Below are positions 42,911-54,563 of a stretch of 64,000 nt of DNA, piece by piece; positions within the stretch are counted from its first letter, which is position 1; each line of letters begins with the position of its first letter. The stretch lies in assembly GCA_000165425.1 (NCBI GenBank), contig CT868667.1, positions 1 to 64,000 of the forward strand, read 5' to 3'. The translations under genes and the position numbers were made by a program. This DNA is from Paramecium tetraurelia (taxonomy: Eukaryota). Below the pieces are notes generated by a model. It had not been told where the DNA came from, did no database searches, and was given only the letters and a program-made list of their open reading frames with translations.

Positions 42911-44032
42911 ATGGCTTCCTATAAATCTATTTTAGACGGACTCCTTGAATCAGTCTCAAATATTGTGGTTGCTAGGATTCGCACCCTAAAATAAACTTAC
43001 AATGATTCATCTTTGAATCGATTACCTGCTAGTAGCGATACAAAGTTATCATTGCTCGGAGCAAAGCAATTTCAAACCCTTGCCAATCAAGTTGAACAAT
43101 TTATGTAGAGTATTTCTCTATCATATCAATAAAGAGTTACTGAATGAATTCAATCAAGAGTTGGAAGAACAATACAAGCATTCCATCAATAAGCAATATC
43201 AGAGACCGTTAACTGTAAATGGCATATCTAAATTAGGGCACAAATGGCTAAGAATGCCAACGAGAACAAATAAAAGAGGAATAAGAAAAGGGTCTAGTCA
43301 TCATGTTCCATAATAAGCAATAGGATGATGGTGAAACTACTCTCAAAGTAATACGATACATTTAATACAGTTTAACCATCTCAAAGATTTCTTATACTAT
43401 GATAGCAAAAAGGCCAAATAAGTGCAAAACCTATCGATTGAATTCAAATCACAAGGCATGACTGACAATAACATGGAACACTTTATGAAAAAATTCATCC
43501 AATTTTATAACATTGAACATTTGAAGCTAAACTTAGGATGGTACTTTTATCCCAATACCCTTAGCAACTCATTAACTGTCATTGGAGCTAGGCAATTAGC
43601 TGGTTGTTTCACCAATCTGAATCGCTTATCTTTCATGGATGTTTCAATTTACAATAATAAAATTACATGGGAAGGAATCGATGCTTTAATGCATGCTTTC
43701 AAACATCTATACAATTTAAAAGATTTAAATTTGGATGTATCTTGCAACCCAATTGGAAACAAAGGATTTGTTATTGTTTCCAAAGCCTTGCCTGAGATGA
43801 GGAGATTACGCAAACTCTGGTTGTCTGCTTATGACATTGGAGTTAATGACGAATCCTTTAAAATATTTATCAATGAATTCACTAAATTGCCTCCATTGCT
43901 AATAGCTAAATTTGATTTTAAAGTGTAAGAATGCAATTTTATTTTAGCAACCCCTTCAATAAGAAACTAATTCAAGAATTGCAAAAGATTATCCACGAGA
44001 AAAAGATTAATAATTACGAGATATTAGTATGA
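42911..44032 (+). CDS. Leucine-rich-repeat (RNI-like) protein
   Basis: Repeats LKLNLG..N.LT..GA..L, LKDLNLDVSCNPIGNKG, LRKLWLSAYDIG. Short introns. Confidence 0.8.
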
Positions 44033-44515
44033 TTAGATATAAATTATCATCATCTTTATAAGCAATAAATAATATGTTAGGATCTCATTATTTTAGCTTA
44101 TCTACTCTATTTTTAAGTTCCTTTATTTCGTCATCATTTAAATATCAGCTATATATAATATACTTCAGTGATGTTAGATGTTTCTATTTCTTCTTTAAGA
44201 GGCTTTTTAATTTGATTCTAATCTTTAATCATATATACACAAGTTATATATAATAGTCCATAATCGAATTGTGTTCTAATTGTAATTGAATCGTATTAGA
44301 GGATTTAACAATTACTGAATTGAGATTATATGTAAAAGAGCTGGACACATACAAATTGAATTGGCTTATTTGAGTTAAACATTTAATTTTGATAGATTTT
44401 ATAATTACTACCAAAGGTAGTAGTTTTTAGAAGTGTCTTCTCGTACTTCTCAATTATAATCAATCTACTAGAGTAGTCAACTTTTTATAATATATTTTAA
44501 TTATTATTTAATTAA

Positions 44516-46013
44516 TCATGGTATATACTCCTTGAACAATGTCTCTATTAACTAAATTGGATCTTTGAACTCTCCAAATCTATCTAGTTTTAAATACTGT
44601 TAATTAAATTATCTCACATCCTTTGCATACTTCATAGCCATTAAATAGTTTTGTAAATAAAGTAATTCCTATGAATATTCAATTATATCTCATACTTAAT
44701 CAGATTTATTATCATAGAAATTCAGGATCGGAATACCATTTAATTGCTACAAACAAAATGAATATGCAGCATTATCTACTAGTACCAGATCCGATAACTG
44801 TCTATTTCCAATGACTCTAACCAAAAACAATCACTGAATACCTTAGATCCTTAACATAGGCTCCTTCTTCAGTCTATACACAACTCTCTCTGAAGAATCG
44901 ATGCGATATCCATTGTTTTGTTGGATCCAAGTAATCAATCACAACATTTGCATAACAAGAATGTGAAGCCGTGAATACAATCAATTCAAAATGTCTACTC
45001 AAAGTCTATAATACTTATTGAGCATAAGGTCTAATGTTAATGGATGCCTAATTCAAACCAATATCATACTTCAATTACATCCCCTGTGGGAAATCTTATA
45101 GGTAAAATGACATCTCCTGGCACTTTTACTGACTCATTGCAATGAATTAAAGTTTCATCTAAATCAAAAACTATTGTTTTTTTTAATGAAATCGAAGGTA
45201 GGTTTACTCTCTTCTCTTCATACTACTACGAATTCATCATCTTAGAATACTAAGCAGCTGATATTGATTAAACTAGATGTTCCCTCACCTATTATATTGG
45301 TTTTGTGATTTCTGGTGTCATATAACATCTAATCACAGATGAAATATAATATAGAAATTGAGTTTCAGACCTTGTTGATCTTTCTCTGTGATTGTTTGAA
45401 AATGCTATCCTCTAACTCACTCCTTTAGCTGATTCAGGATGAATTTAGATTATTTTTTAGATGTTGGTTTCAGCGCTTGTTTTCTATTAAGTTACAAAGG
45501 TCGAAAGGGATGGCTTCTTATTGAGATTATCATTTGATATTGCTCTTGGATCTTTTACTATAGTGCTTGATTTTGGTTTATTTTGTATTTAGTTTAAATC
45601 AAGATCATTTTTACTGATTTTTGGTTTATTAATATTCTGCTATTATTGTTATTATTGCTCAGTAATTTTAGTATTAAAAAATCTGGATGCCAAACCTTGC
45701 TTAGTTTGTCTTTAACTGCTATCTATATGAGATTTGATATTAATAATCTTCTATTCTAAATATGACAACTTGTCTTATAATTTTGTATACTCAAAGATCT
45801 CTTTCGTGTTTGGTTTCTGATTAATTGTATTTTATTGATTGGATCTGATTTCCATGTTCTCCTTCTGATCCTTATACTAAAAATGTTATTTGCTCAATTG
45901 AGTTGAACTCTTCATCTGTGTTAATTATTTTATTTAGTTAACCGAACTAGGCCTTGATTGTTCTGGGATATACCTTCCCAAATTCTTTTCAGATAATGGT
46001 CTTCTCATTTCAT
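44516..46013 (-). CDS. FCP/SCP (NIF) CTD-phosphatase-like protein
   Basis: KTIVFDLDETLIHC, INIRPY, FTASHSCYAN, YVKDL, LVDNAAYSF, GIPILNFY. Low-complexity N-terminus. Confidence 0.92.
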
Positions 46014-46165
46014 ACATGTGAACGGTAAAATTTTAATTTTTAAATTAATTAGTGTTATTCATTTTTTTAATTGCTCATATTAATCAATATAATTATTTTC
46101 ATATTACATTATTTACTTTTAAAAAGGAGATTTATAATAATTTAGAATAGACAGAACTTAAATAA

Positions 46166-46447
46166 TCATTATTGTTCATTTTTTAGATATTTTTATTAAA
46201 GTTCATGCATCTTATCCCTTGCTTTTTGTTGTCCAAAAAATTTATCGACAAATACAATATCAAATTTTTTGTCGTCTCCTTCTCTTTTTAATAGAAAAAT
46301 CCTTAATTTAAACCACAATCCCTAAGTTATTTAAAAGCCAAAAACACCATCCTTTGTTTTTTCAATGCTTCGATGACACAATCTTGTGAATACATATGTA
46401 CTCTCATTCATACGTTTTAAGAGTTCTTCTTCAATAGATATTTCCAT
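46166..46447 (-). CDS. Small orphan protein (93 aa), paralog A
   Basis: Clean code-6 ORF MEISIEEELLKRMNESTYVFTRLCHRSIEKTKDGVFGFQITQGLWFKLRIF..., homologous to the adjacent ORF. Confidence 0.75.
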
Positions 46448-46616
46448 AATATTAATATTAAACTATTTTCTGAGATTTATTTCAATACCTATTTTTTTGT
46501 GATAGAATTAGAGATAATTTAAAATACTATTCGCAACTCTTAGGAACTAACAATATAGAACCCACACAATATATAGTTTAATAAGATCACATATATTTTA
46601 TAATAAATGATACTAA

Positions 46617-46883
46617 TCAAGTGCTATTTAGTGCCACCTTTATCTCCTATATTTTTGCTTGGGCTTCTTCAAGCTTATTAAATGTGTGTTCATCTGGATC
46701 TGGAATGCACACTTTGAGAGGGATAACAAAACAATAATATACCCTCAGTTTAAACCATAAACCTTCAGTGATCATGAAACCACAAAAGCCAAAATTGGTT
46801 TTTAATATACTAGAATGAACTAAACTAGTTAAATAAGGTTTGTCATTATCCATTTTTATTTATAGCTAACTCTTAGCAGACAT
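46617..46883 (-). CDS. Small orphan protein (88 aa), paralog B
   Basis: Clean code-6 ORF MSAKSQLQIKMDNDKPYLTSLVHSSILKTNFGFCGFMITEGLWFKLRVY..., homologous to the adjacent ORF. Confidence 0.75.
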
Positions 46884-47893
46884 TGACTTCTAATTTGTAT
46901 ATATTTTATTTTTATTTTCATATCACTATTGCTTTGATCAATAATCTTTTTTTGATAGAATTATCATTTTTTCATATTTATAATTCTAATTTGCTTTTCA
47001 GCTATCTATCAGTATCTTAAATAAGCAAAGTTAGTTGTTTATTGTGAATAAAATCTATTTTTTACCCTTGAGTTCAAGAATTGAAAACTATTTTAATTGC
47101 AAATATTTTTGCTTATAAATTACGTGCATATATTTATCTCCTTGTGAGTATTTACATTTTTGCCCAGAGATTCGATAGAAAAATTTGGTATTTGATAGAT
47201 ATATAAAATGTCACCATATTTATAAGTGCTTTACTTGAACTTTGTTAAATTTGAATCCTTATTTATTAATCTAGAAATAAGTGCCAATTTTAATCAGCTA
47301 TTTTAGGGTTGCTTTTCAAGATCATTTTGTATGGATGCATTCTGTAAGGAGCAGTAATTAATAACAAAAATCTTCGAAATTGGAGTTTCTCATTTTTTAT
47401 GGATGTTTAGAATAAATTATTTGTATAAAATATTGTTTGAGATAAATAATATACTTTTATATTGAACTATCTTCTATTAAAGTTTCAGTATTCTTTTTTG
47501 ATTAATACCTTCTTAATAATTGTACTAAAATATTTAATACATGTTTAATTCACCTGAGTCGTAATCAGATCAGATAAATTCATATTTCAAATATATTCAA
47601 TAATTTATCTATATTTCAAAAATTGTGCTGATATGTTTGGATTATTATGAATATCATATATCTTATTTTGATTATTTATGATGTAAACCTGAGTTTAGAA
47701 TATTAGTGATAATTATAGATGATTATAATAATGATGCAAATGATTAAATTTTTCATTCTTCGTGGGCATGACTGGGTTATGTTCCCTTAATCATCCAACA
47801 GACATAAGCTGGGTATCCTAATTAAAGAGCTCTTAGCGATCTGAAAAACCACATGTTTTGATTTAATTCTAAATAAAAAATATTAATAATTAA

Positions 47894-49177
47894 TCATTAA
47901 TCTCCAGAAGAGAACTTGAATCTTTGTTTGTTAGATTTGACTTTCCCTTAATTCTCAGTTATGAAATTAGGAATAGTAATCAACTACTATGATTTTGTGA
48001 TATTATTTATAGGAACTTCAATTTCCTACGCATATTATTTGTTCAATTCTTGAGTCAAAGACTTTGAGTCTAAGGATAGTTTATCTAATAAGCCGCAAAA
48101 GCTATTTGATCTTGAGATCTTCTAGGATTGGCATTCTTCACTTTTCACTGATTATTCACCCTAATAGTAACTATAACACATTTAATATTGTTGTTATGCC
48201 AAATAGTACTAATATTAGTATATCAAATATTATTGTTATTATAAGTAATTGATATTACCATCTAGACAGATTACTTTTTATGGTTTTTCTTCCTGCATGT
48301 ATCCATTAGTAGTAGAACTACTTTGTGAGAGAATTAACTTTTATATTATGTTGTTTATTAGAACACCTATTTCTTGCTATTATTAATATCCCTTCGTTTC
48401 CTTATTTATTAGACTCTTAAATCTATTTTTTACTTAATTCTCAGTTCTATTCTTCATTTTATAAGAGATCTTGGACCATTTCAGACCTTCAGATTGTGCT
48501 AGCTTCATCAAACAGAGATCCTCCTCTGGTTTCCAATTGCTCCTAAAAATAAACTCTCTTTTGAATTTACCTATTTATTTGAGGATCTAAATAATTGTTC
48601 CATCTCTCTCTACATTATTTGGCTTTCTTAAAATATCTCCCATTTGATTTCATGAATATCTAAAATTGTATTTCGTGCCATTTCAATATTTTGCTATTCT
48701 CTACTTCTTCCTTCAACATTTGCTCTTCTTCTTAAGTCCATTGCAATCTATCTTCTCTTGCAATCACATGACATAGCCATTTATATTAACAATTTAAACC
48801 ATTTTTGAATTTTATCAACTTCTCAACCATCTCCCAATCATTCTAAATATCAATATTCCATTACCATTTTTAAAAGATTCATTTTATTCATCGTGCAATA
48901 TGATATCACAATCCAAATCAATATTTTCCATTCTTGGTCTGTCCATTAGGTTTGTGAGTGCATTTAAAGGAAATTCCTACATTATGTATGATCCTTACTT
49001 TTGATCCTCAAATGCATAAAAGTTTTGAACCTCAACGAATGTTATTACATTCTGAGTCAATCTAAAATCGACTAGTTTAGAATACTGGGCCAAATTGATA
49101 TTCCATTCCTCCTAACCAAGACTCTTGAAGTAATCCAGAAGTATACTTCCATTAGATTTTACACATTAAGATTACAT
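47894..49177 (-). CDS. Myb-domain transcription factor (multiple Myb repeats)
   Basis: WTQEEEQML..KWHEI..KKAKQCRERWNNYLDP|..WKPEEDLCL..GLKWSKIS..NRTENQVKNRF. At least three short introns. Start is uncertain. Confidence 0.88.
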
Positions 49178-50788
49178 TTAATATTTATCACAATAAAATA
49201 TGACCCATGAATCTAAATTCAAAGATTTTTTTCACTAAATCAGTTTAATAATTTCCATTTATACTTATATATACGGTACAATTATTTATAAATCATAAAT
49301 TATGATGTTCCCCAATTCAATACTGATGTCATCAATTTGAATTATGTCAACCTCATCTTAATATTTAATTTAACATTTTATAATAACACAAATAAACTAT
49401 GATTTTTTTTTAATCAATCAAATTATGTAAATTACAATGTTTATTCATCGTTTGTTAACTTCATACAAAATTTATTGACTAATAATAAAACGAAATTTTA
49501 TTATAATTTAATAGCATCAGTGTTTTCCAATTTTACAATTGCTTTTATTTCTCCACCAAGCTGCGTCAATTAATAGAAATCGCACCTCACTTTTTCAGTT
49601 TAATATGTTGAAGTATATATTATAATTAGTATTACAACATTTTATAATAATTAATAAATATTATAATATAATTATTGTTATTTGTATTTTCGTTTGCTTA
49701 AGCAAAATGTTAATCACTATGAAATTATATCTATAAAACTATTCTATTTATTAGTATGATGTTTTCAGTAAATTGTTCTTAATACTTCAATTTTTCTTTC
49801 TGATGGTAAAAATCTTGGTTGTTCTCATAATTTCATAATTGGTCAATTTCAAGAAGACAGTAAAAAGAACACTTTATATTCTTGATCCTTTTTGTTCCTC
49901 AAATGATTTTAATACAATTTATTTTAAATAAAATTAATCAGGAATTACATCTATCTCTATTATAGGGTTCAATTAAGTAAAGATTCAAGGTAATAATTCA
50001 TTTTGTGAAAATTGCCAAACTGTCTTATTTCTCTGTTCTGCAAATTTAGCTCAAAATTAGACATAGTGTTTTTCAAATCTTTATAAAGTTAAGTTCATTT
50101 AAAAGTATTGGAAAGGTTTAGAAATCCCAGAGGATAAGAATTTAGTATTTTAAACATTTTTCTTAGCAGTTTCTTAAGGTGTATCATTTTCATATTAATT
50201 TAATTGATTATTTACAATAAATCATTTTGTTGAAAAAAACCAGGTATTTCACTTTATCCAAAGTATTTGGAACTTCTTCCCTCTTGTTCTCATAATAGTG
50301 AAGTTATATTTCTAAAAATAAATTATGATAACATTAACATTTTTATCATTATTATTATTTATTCCTACCTATATTAGAAAAAAAAATTAATGGTGATAAT
50401 TTATCATAATTAACAATTAAATCCTTTCTATTTATTCAAGTACATTTCGTCCTATATATTTTAAAGAATGTGCTCCTATTTCCCCATAATAAAGCTATTG
50501 CTTTAACATCCTAAGCCATATCTAAATATGTTTTAATAATAAAATGATATGTTAGTTAAAATTACTTAATGAAGTATAAAATTAGATGTCAATTTAAAAT
50601 AGATCGAACAGACAATCTAAGATGTAAATATTCTTTTGAAGATAATGATATTTTTAATTAAAATACTAATTGATAATTGATTGAAATTGAAATGATTATA
50701 ATTATTAGAAAATAAGTTATCTCCAGAAGTAACTTATTGATTCAATTAAATCATTGAATTTTATTGAAATACATAAAATTTTATACTA

Positions 50789-51450
50789 TCATAATTCAAC
50801 CTCTGAATAAATAGACCCAACATTCTAGGTCTTTTGTATAAATTTAAGGAAGAAATATATAAGCAGTATCATAATTATGGTAAATAGCATAAAAGCTGAT
50901 GGACCAAAGTCATAATGAAATTCTGGAGGCAGATAAAATATAATGTTGTAGATACCATTTGAAAATTCATTTTAGCAAAATATATCTATGTTCATAAAAT
51001 TATATCTTGTATTAGCAATACATGTTACATTCCAAGTACCTATTGGATAATTTTATATATATTGGTTAAGAAAGTATATGGCTGTTCCATTTTGATAGTA
51101 TGAATTGAAAATCATTGCATAATTAGATTCTGTAGTGTGAAATGAGCCTTACATTAAAATAGGTTCCATTAAATTTCCATTCAAGTGATTATTCAAATAG
51201 TAGACTCCGATTATGTATATCTTATAATAGATAAATTGTTGTGTCAAAACCCCATTCTAATAAAAAGAATTGCAATTATTAATTAAATCACCAAATACTG
51301 GAATAGTTCTAATTCCTGATCCTTAGCAATTTTAAGCATGTGAACAATCCAATTGTTCTAATCTTCCTTCTGAAATATAACTAAAATAATTATACTTAAA
51401 ATTAGTCTGAGATGTTTATGATCAAGTTACTAATTGCAATTATAATTTTC
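50789..51450 (-). pseudogene. 3' fragment of a paralog of the membrane-protein gene at 54564-58466
   Basis: Nucleotide collinearity of ~50780-51400 with ~54555-55180, including the same TM end and EVEL-TGA. No 5' part is found upstream. Confidence 0.75.
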
Positions 51451-52029
51451 TTCATCTCCAATGCTATTTATTTACAATATTAAATTCTGTTATATGCATG
51501 AAAATGATTTATTATTAACAAGGCAAAATAAAACTATTTTATGCAAGCTCATTTTATTCTATTAGATTATTGATCTATAAGCATCCTAATAGTAATTTCA
51601 ACTTATTTGATTAATTATACCTTAGATATTGTTTGCTGATAATTAAAATTCTAAAATATTTACATTTTCTATTTCACTAGTTGCTTTCTATGAATTCAAA
51701 AAATTTAATCATATACTTATTTTTGATATTTTTATGGTCTACTAAGTAAATAAAGAAAATAAAATTGAAAAATAGTGTCATTTAAAATGTAATATTAAAA
51801 TAATTAATGTAAAATACATTTTCAAAGGGCTAAAACTAAGCATTTGATAAAAGTTCACTTAAATTAAAATTTCAACACATTTTATGCAAAAATAATAAGG
51901 GGTGACGAGAGGAAAAGATGGAGGAAACAAATAGAGAAAAAGATAGAAGAATTAAAGGAGTGTATTAATTATGAAAAGATGCTATGATATAATATATATG
52001 TATTCTCTTCTCCCAAAAAGGGTAGAATA

Positions 52030-52067
52030 ATAATACATACAACATACATACATACATAAATAAATAA
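52030..52067 (-). repeat. (TTAT)n(GTAT)n microsatellite tail of the retroelement
   Basis: Minus strand TTATTTATTTATGTATGTATGTATGTTGTATGTA directly after the TGA at 52068-52070. Confidence 0.75.
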
Positions 52068-54130
52068 TCATTTACTCACTTTATCGCTTTCTTTTTTTAA
52101 ATTTCCTGCCTCTTTTTGAATATCTTTAATTATTTCTTCATATCTTTTCTTCCTCTATAGCTGATAATTACTTTTATTTAACTGAGAACCTTTCCTATTA
52201 ATTCGCTTTTATGCTTTTATTTATGGTGGGTAAAAAAGTCATCTTCTCTTTATGACTATTGCACATTTTTATTTGTAATAAGAATAGCTTTCTGATATTT
52301 TCTGGTATATTTTTAATTCTCTTTAATCTTTTCCTTTATTGTTAGTTTATTTAATATAATTGGCTTTTTTATGTGATCCTTATTATACCTTAAGCAATAA
52401 GATGATCAACCTTATCATATAGGAATTTTGGAGATATCTTGCAATTTACCTGTTAATCCTTCTAGGAATGTATCGCTAGGGATTTTTGATAATAATAGTC
52501 ATTCCTTAAAGCTGCTTTTCCTGAGCTATTTCAGCTTATTCTGATCTTTCTACTTCTAAATTTACTTGATGCTTAAGATATATGAAAAATAGGGTTTCAT
52601 GTAATTAACCCATAATAAGAATCAGTTGCCAAATTTGAGAATTTTCAGTATTCCGAGAAACTATATCTTTTTATAGTTCATCCTTTTCTCGATTTTGCTA
52701 GATGCTCCCCTATTCTTCCTTATTTTCAATTTCAACACCAAGATATCTGTTAGTTCTCACAAATGAAAATTCAATAATCACCTTCTCCTTAAAGTTTTTA
52801 TTTCATTAGTATAGTTTTATAATAGTAATTCCAATCCTTTTATTACTTCTGTTGCAAATTGCTCACTGCATATGATTGCTAAGTCATCAGCATAAAAATA
52901 ATAATTATCTAATTTTTCATCAGTATTTATTTCTTTATTTCTGCAATGAATAAATCTGTATAGATGGCAAATAAATAAAGAGATAGAATACTTTCTTGTG
53001 GTACTCCATTTTTAAAAGAATTTTTTAACTCAATTATTGTCAAAGTTTAGTTACTAATTAATCCTTTGAGAATTTAGTTTCTTAATTGCAAAGTATAGCT
53101 CTCTCTTATATATACCGATATAATAGATTTAAATTAGCGGTATTGTATGTCGATTTAAAATCAATAATATTATCATAGGCTCCTAATCTTGAATTATCTT
53201 TTAATTATTTCAAAATCTGAAATTAAGTTCCAAATCCTTTGATAAAGCCAGCTTATTGTTTTATTATTCTGCTTTTACAGTGCCTCCTTAAAGATGAGTC
53301 AAATCACAGTTCTATCCACTTATATAAAGGACTTAATATTGTAAATGATCGAAATTTGCTAGCCTTTGGAATGTTTGGATAGTTTAATTTAATAAGATTA
53401 TAAAGAACTCTCCGATGTTTTTAACTAATTCTTATGTTTTACTCCTTGTTCAATATGAAATTGTATTGCTTTTTACTCTTGAGGTTCTTTTCCAATTTAA
53501 TTAAGAAATGATTAATGTATGATATAACGGCTCTTAATTGATTAGAAAAATGTCTTTTTTTGATTATCTAAGATCGTTCTTGACATATCTTTAGTATGTA
53601 ATTTAATTATTTGGGATTAAATCTGACATACTTTTGAGCTTAACTGTAGTATTATTAGCATCTCCAACAATCATAATAAGTGCATTTGGTTTCTTGATTT
53701 TAAGTTGAATTACGAAGCTTTGCAATTTTTTTATTAGTACTAAAAGATTTAGAGTAGGCAGAGTGAATATTTAGAATAAATAGTTCTATATTATTTTTTG
53801 TGCAATAAACTAACAAATATTTAAATTTATCTAATTTTAATATATGAAAATATCTCACCATATGAATTATTTATGAATACTTATACTACTCCACCGCTTT
53901 AAAAGTGTTCGCTACATACTTTATTAATGAAATTGTAGCTAGGAGATGAGTTTTTTATCTATGCATTCTCTTGAAGACAAATTATGTGGATCATTTTTTT
54001 TAATTGTTGTAAAGTGGTTAATTTTAGAGAAGAAATTTTCCAATACACAACTGTTGTTTAATTCCCAGATTGTATTACAGTTTATCCAAAAACACTACAA
54101 CTTTAAAAGGAAATTCTATTTTTCAGCATA
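52030..54130 (-). mobile_element. Degenerate non-LTR (LINE-like) retrotransposon, APE endonuclease plus reverse transcriptase
   Basis: APE motifs: WINCNT, IICLQE (~53969-53986), SGGV, LIMIVGDANN (~53655). RT motifs: FRSFTILSPLYKWIE, QAGFIKGFGT, IDFKSTYNT, NGVPQESILS, FYADDLAI (52883-52894), RYLGV. In-frame TGA at 53304-53306 and frameshifts. Confidence 0.9.
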
Positions 54131-54563
54131 ATATAAATAATTATTGTTTACAATGAATTAAGTAAAAATGAAAAACACAGAGATGCTAATTTCATTCAAC
54201 AACTAATAATGAAAAATTAAATAACATTTATTTTAGAAAAGATTTTTGAGAAATTTAAATTAAATAATTTGACACTATAAAAGCATAATTTGGTTTATTA
54301 GAAGTAGTCTTAGAACAGTTTGGTTAGGTATTAATATAATTTTATAACCTAGGACATAAAATAGAAAAATTTTCATATTTAAATAGAATATACTTAAAAG
54401 AATTAATTAAATAAATTGTTTAAATTATACTAATTTTAGTAAATGTTATATGAGTCTTTTCAAATAATATAAGACTATAATCTAGTCTAAGAATTTAAGA
54501 TCAATCTTAATGTTAACCAAATAAATAAAATCAATTTAATGAAATATGTAAACATTTATACTA

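Noticed and set aside
44050..44400. Possible small minus-strand gene
   Set aside because: Needs atypical introns and frame changes, with no motif support.
46900..47850. Degenerate coding-like sequence
   Set aside because: No sustained open frame on either strand that I could confirm.
49300..50700. AT-rich region with coding-like patches
   Set aside because: Multiple stops and no identifiable homology by eye.
50711..50738. 9-bp inverted repeat AATAAGTTA...TAACTTATT as an IES or MITE
   Set aside because: The TA-bounded span is below the ~26-bp IES minimum, and such AT-rich stems arise by chance.
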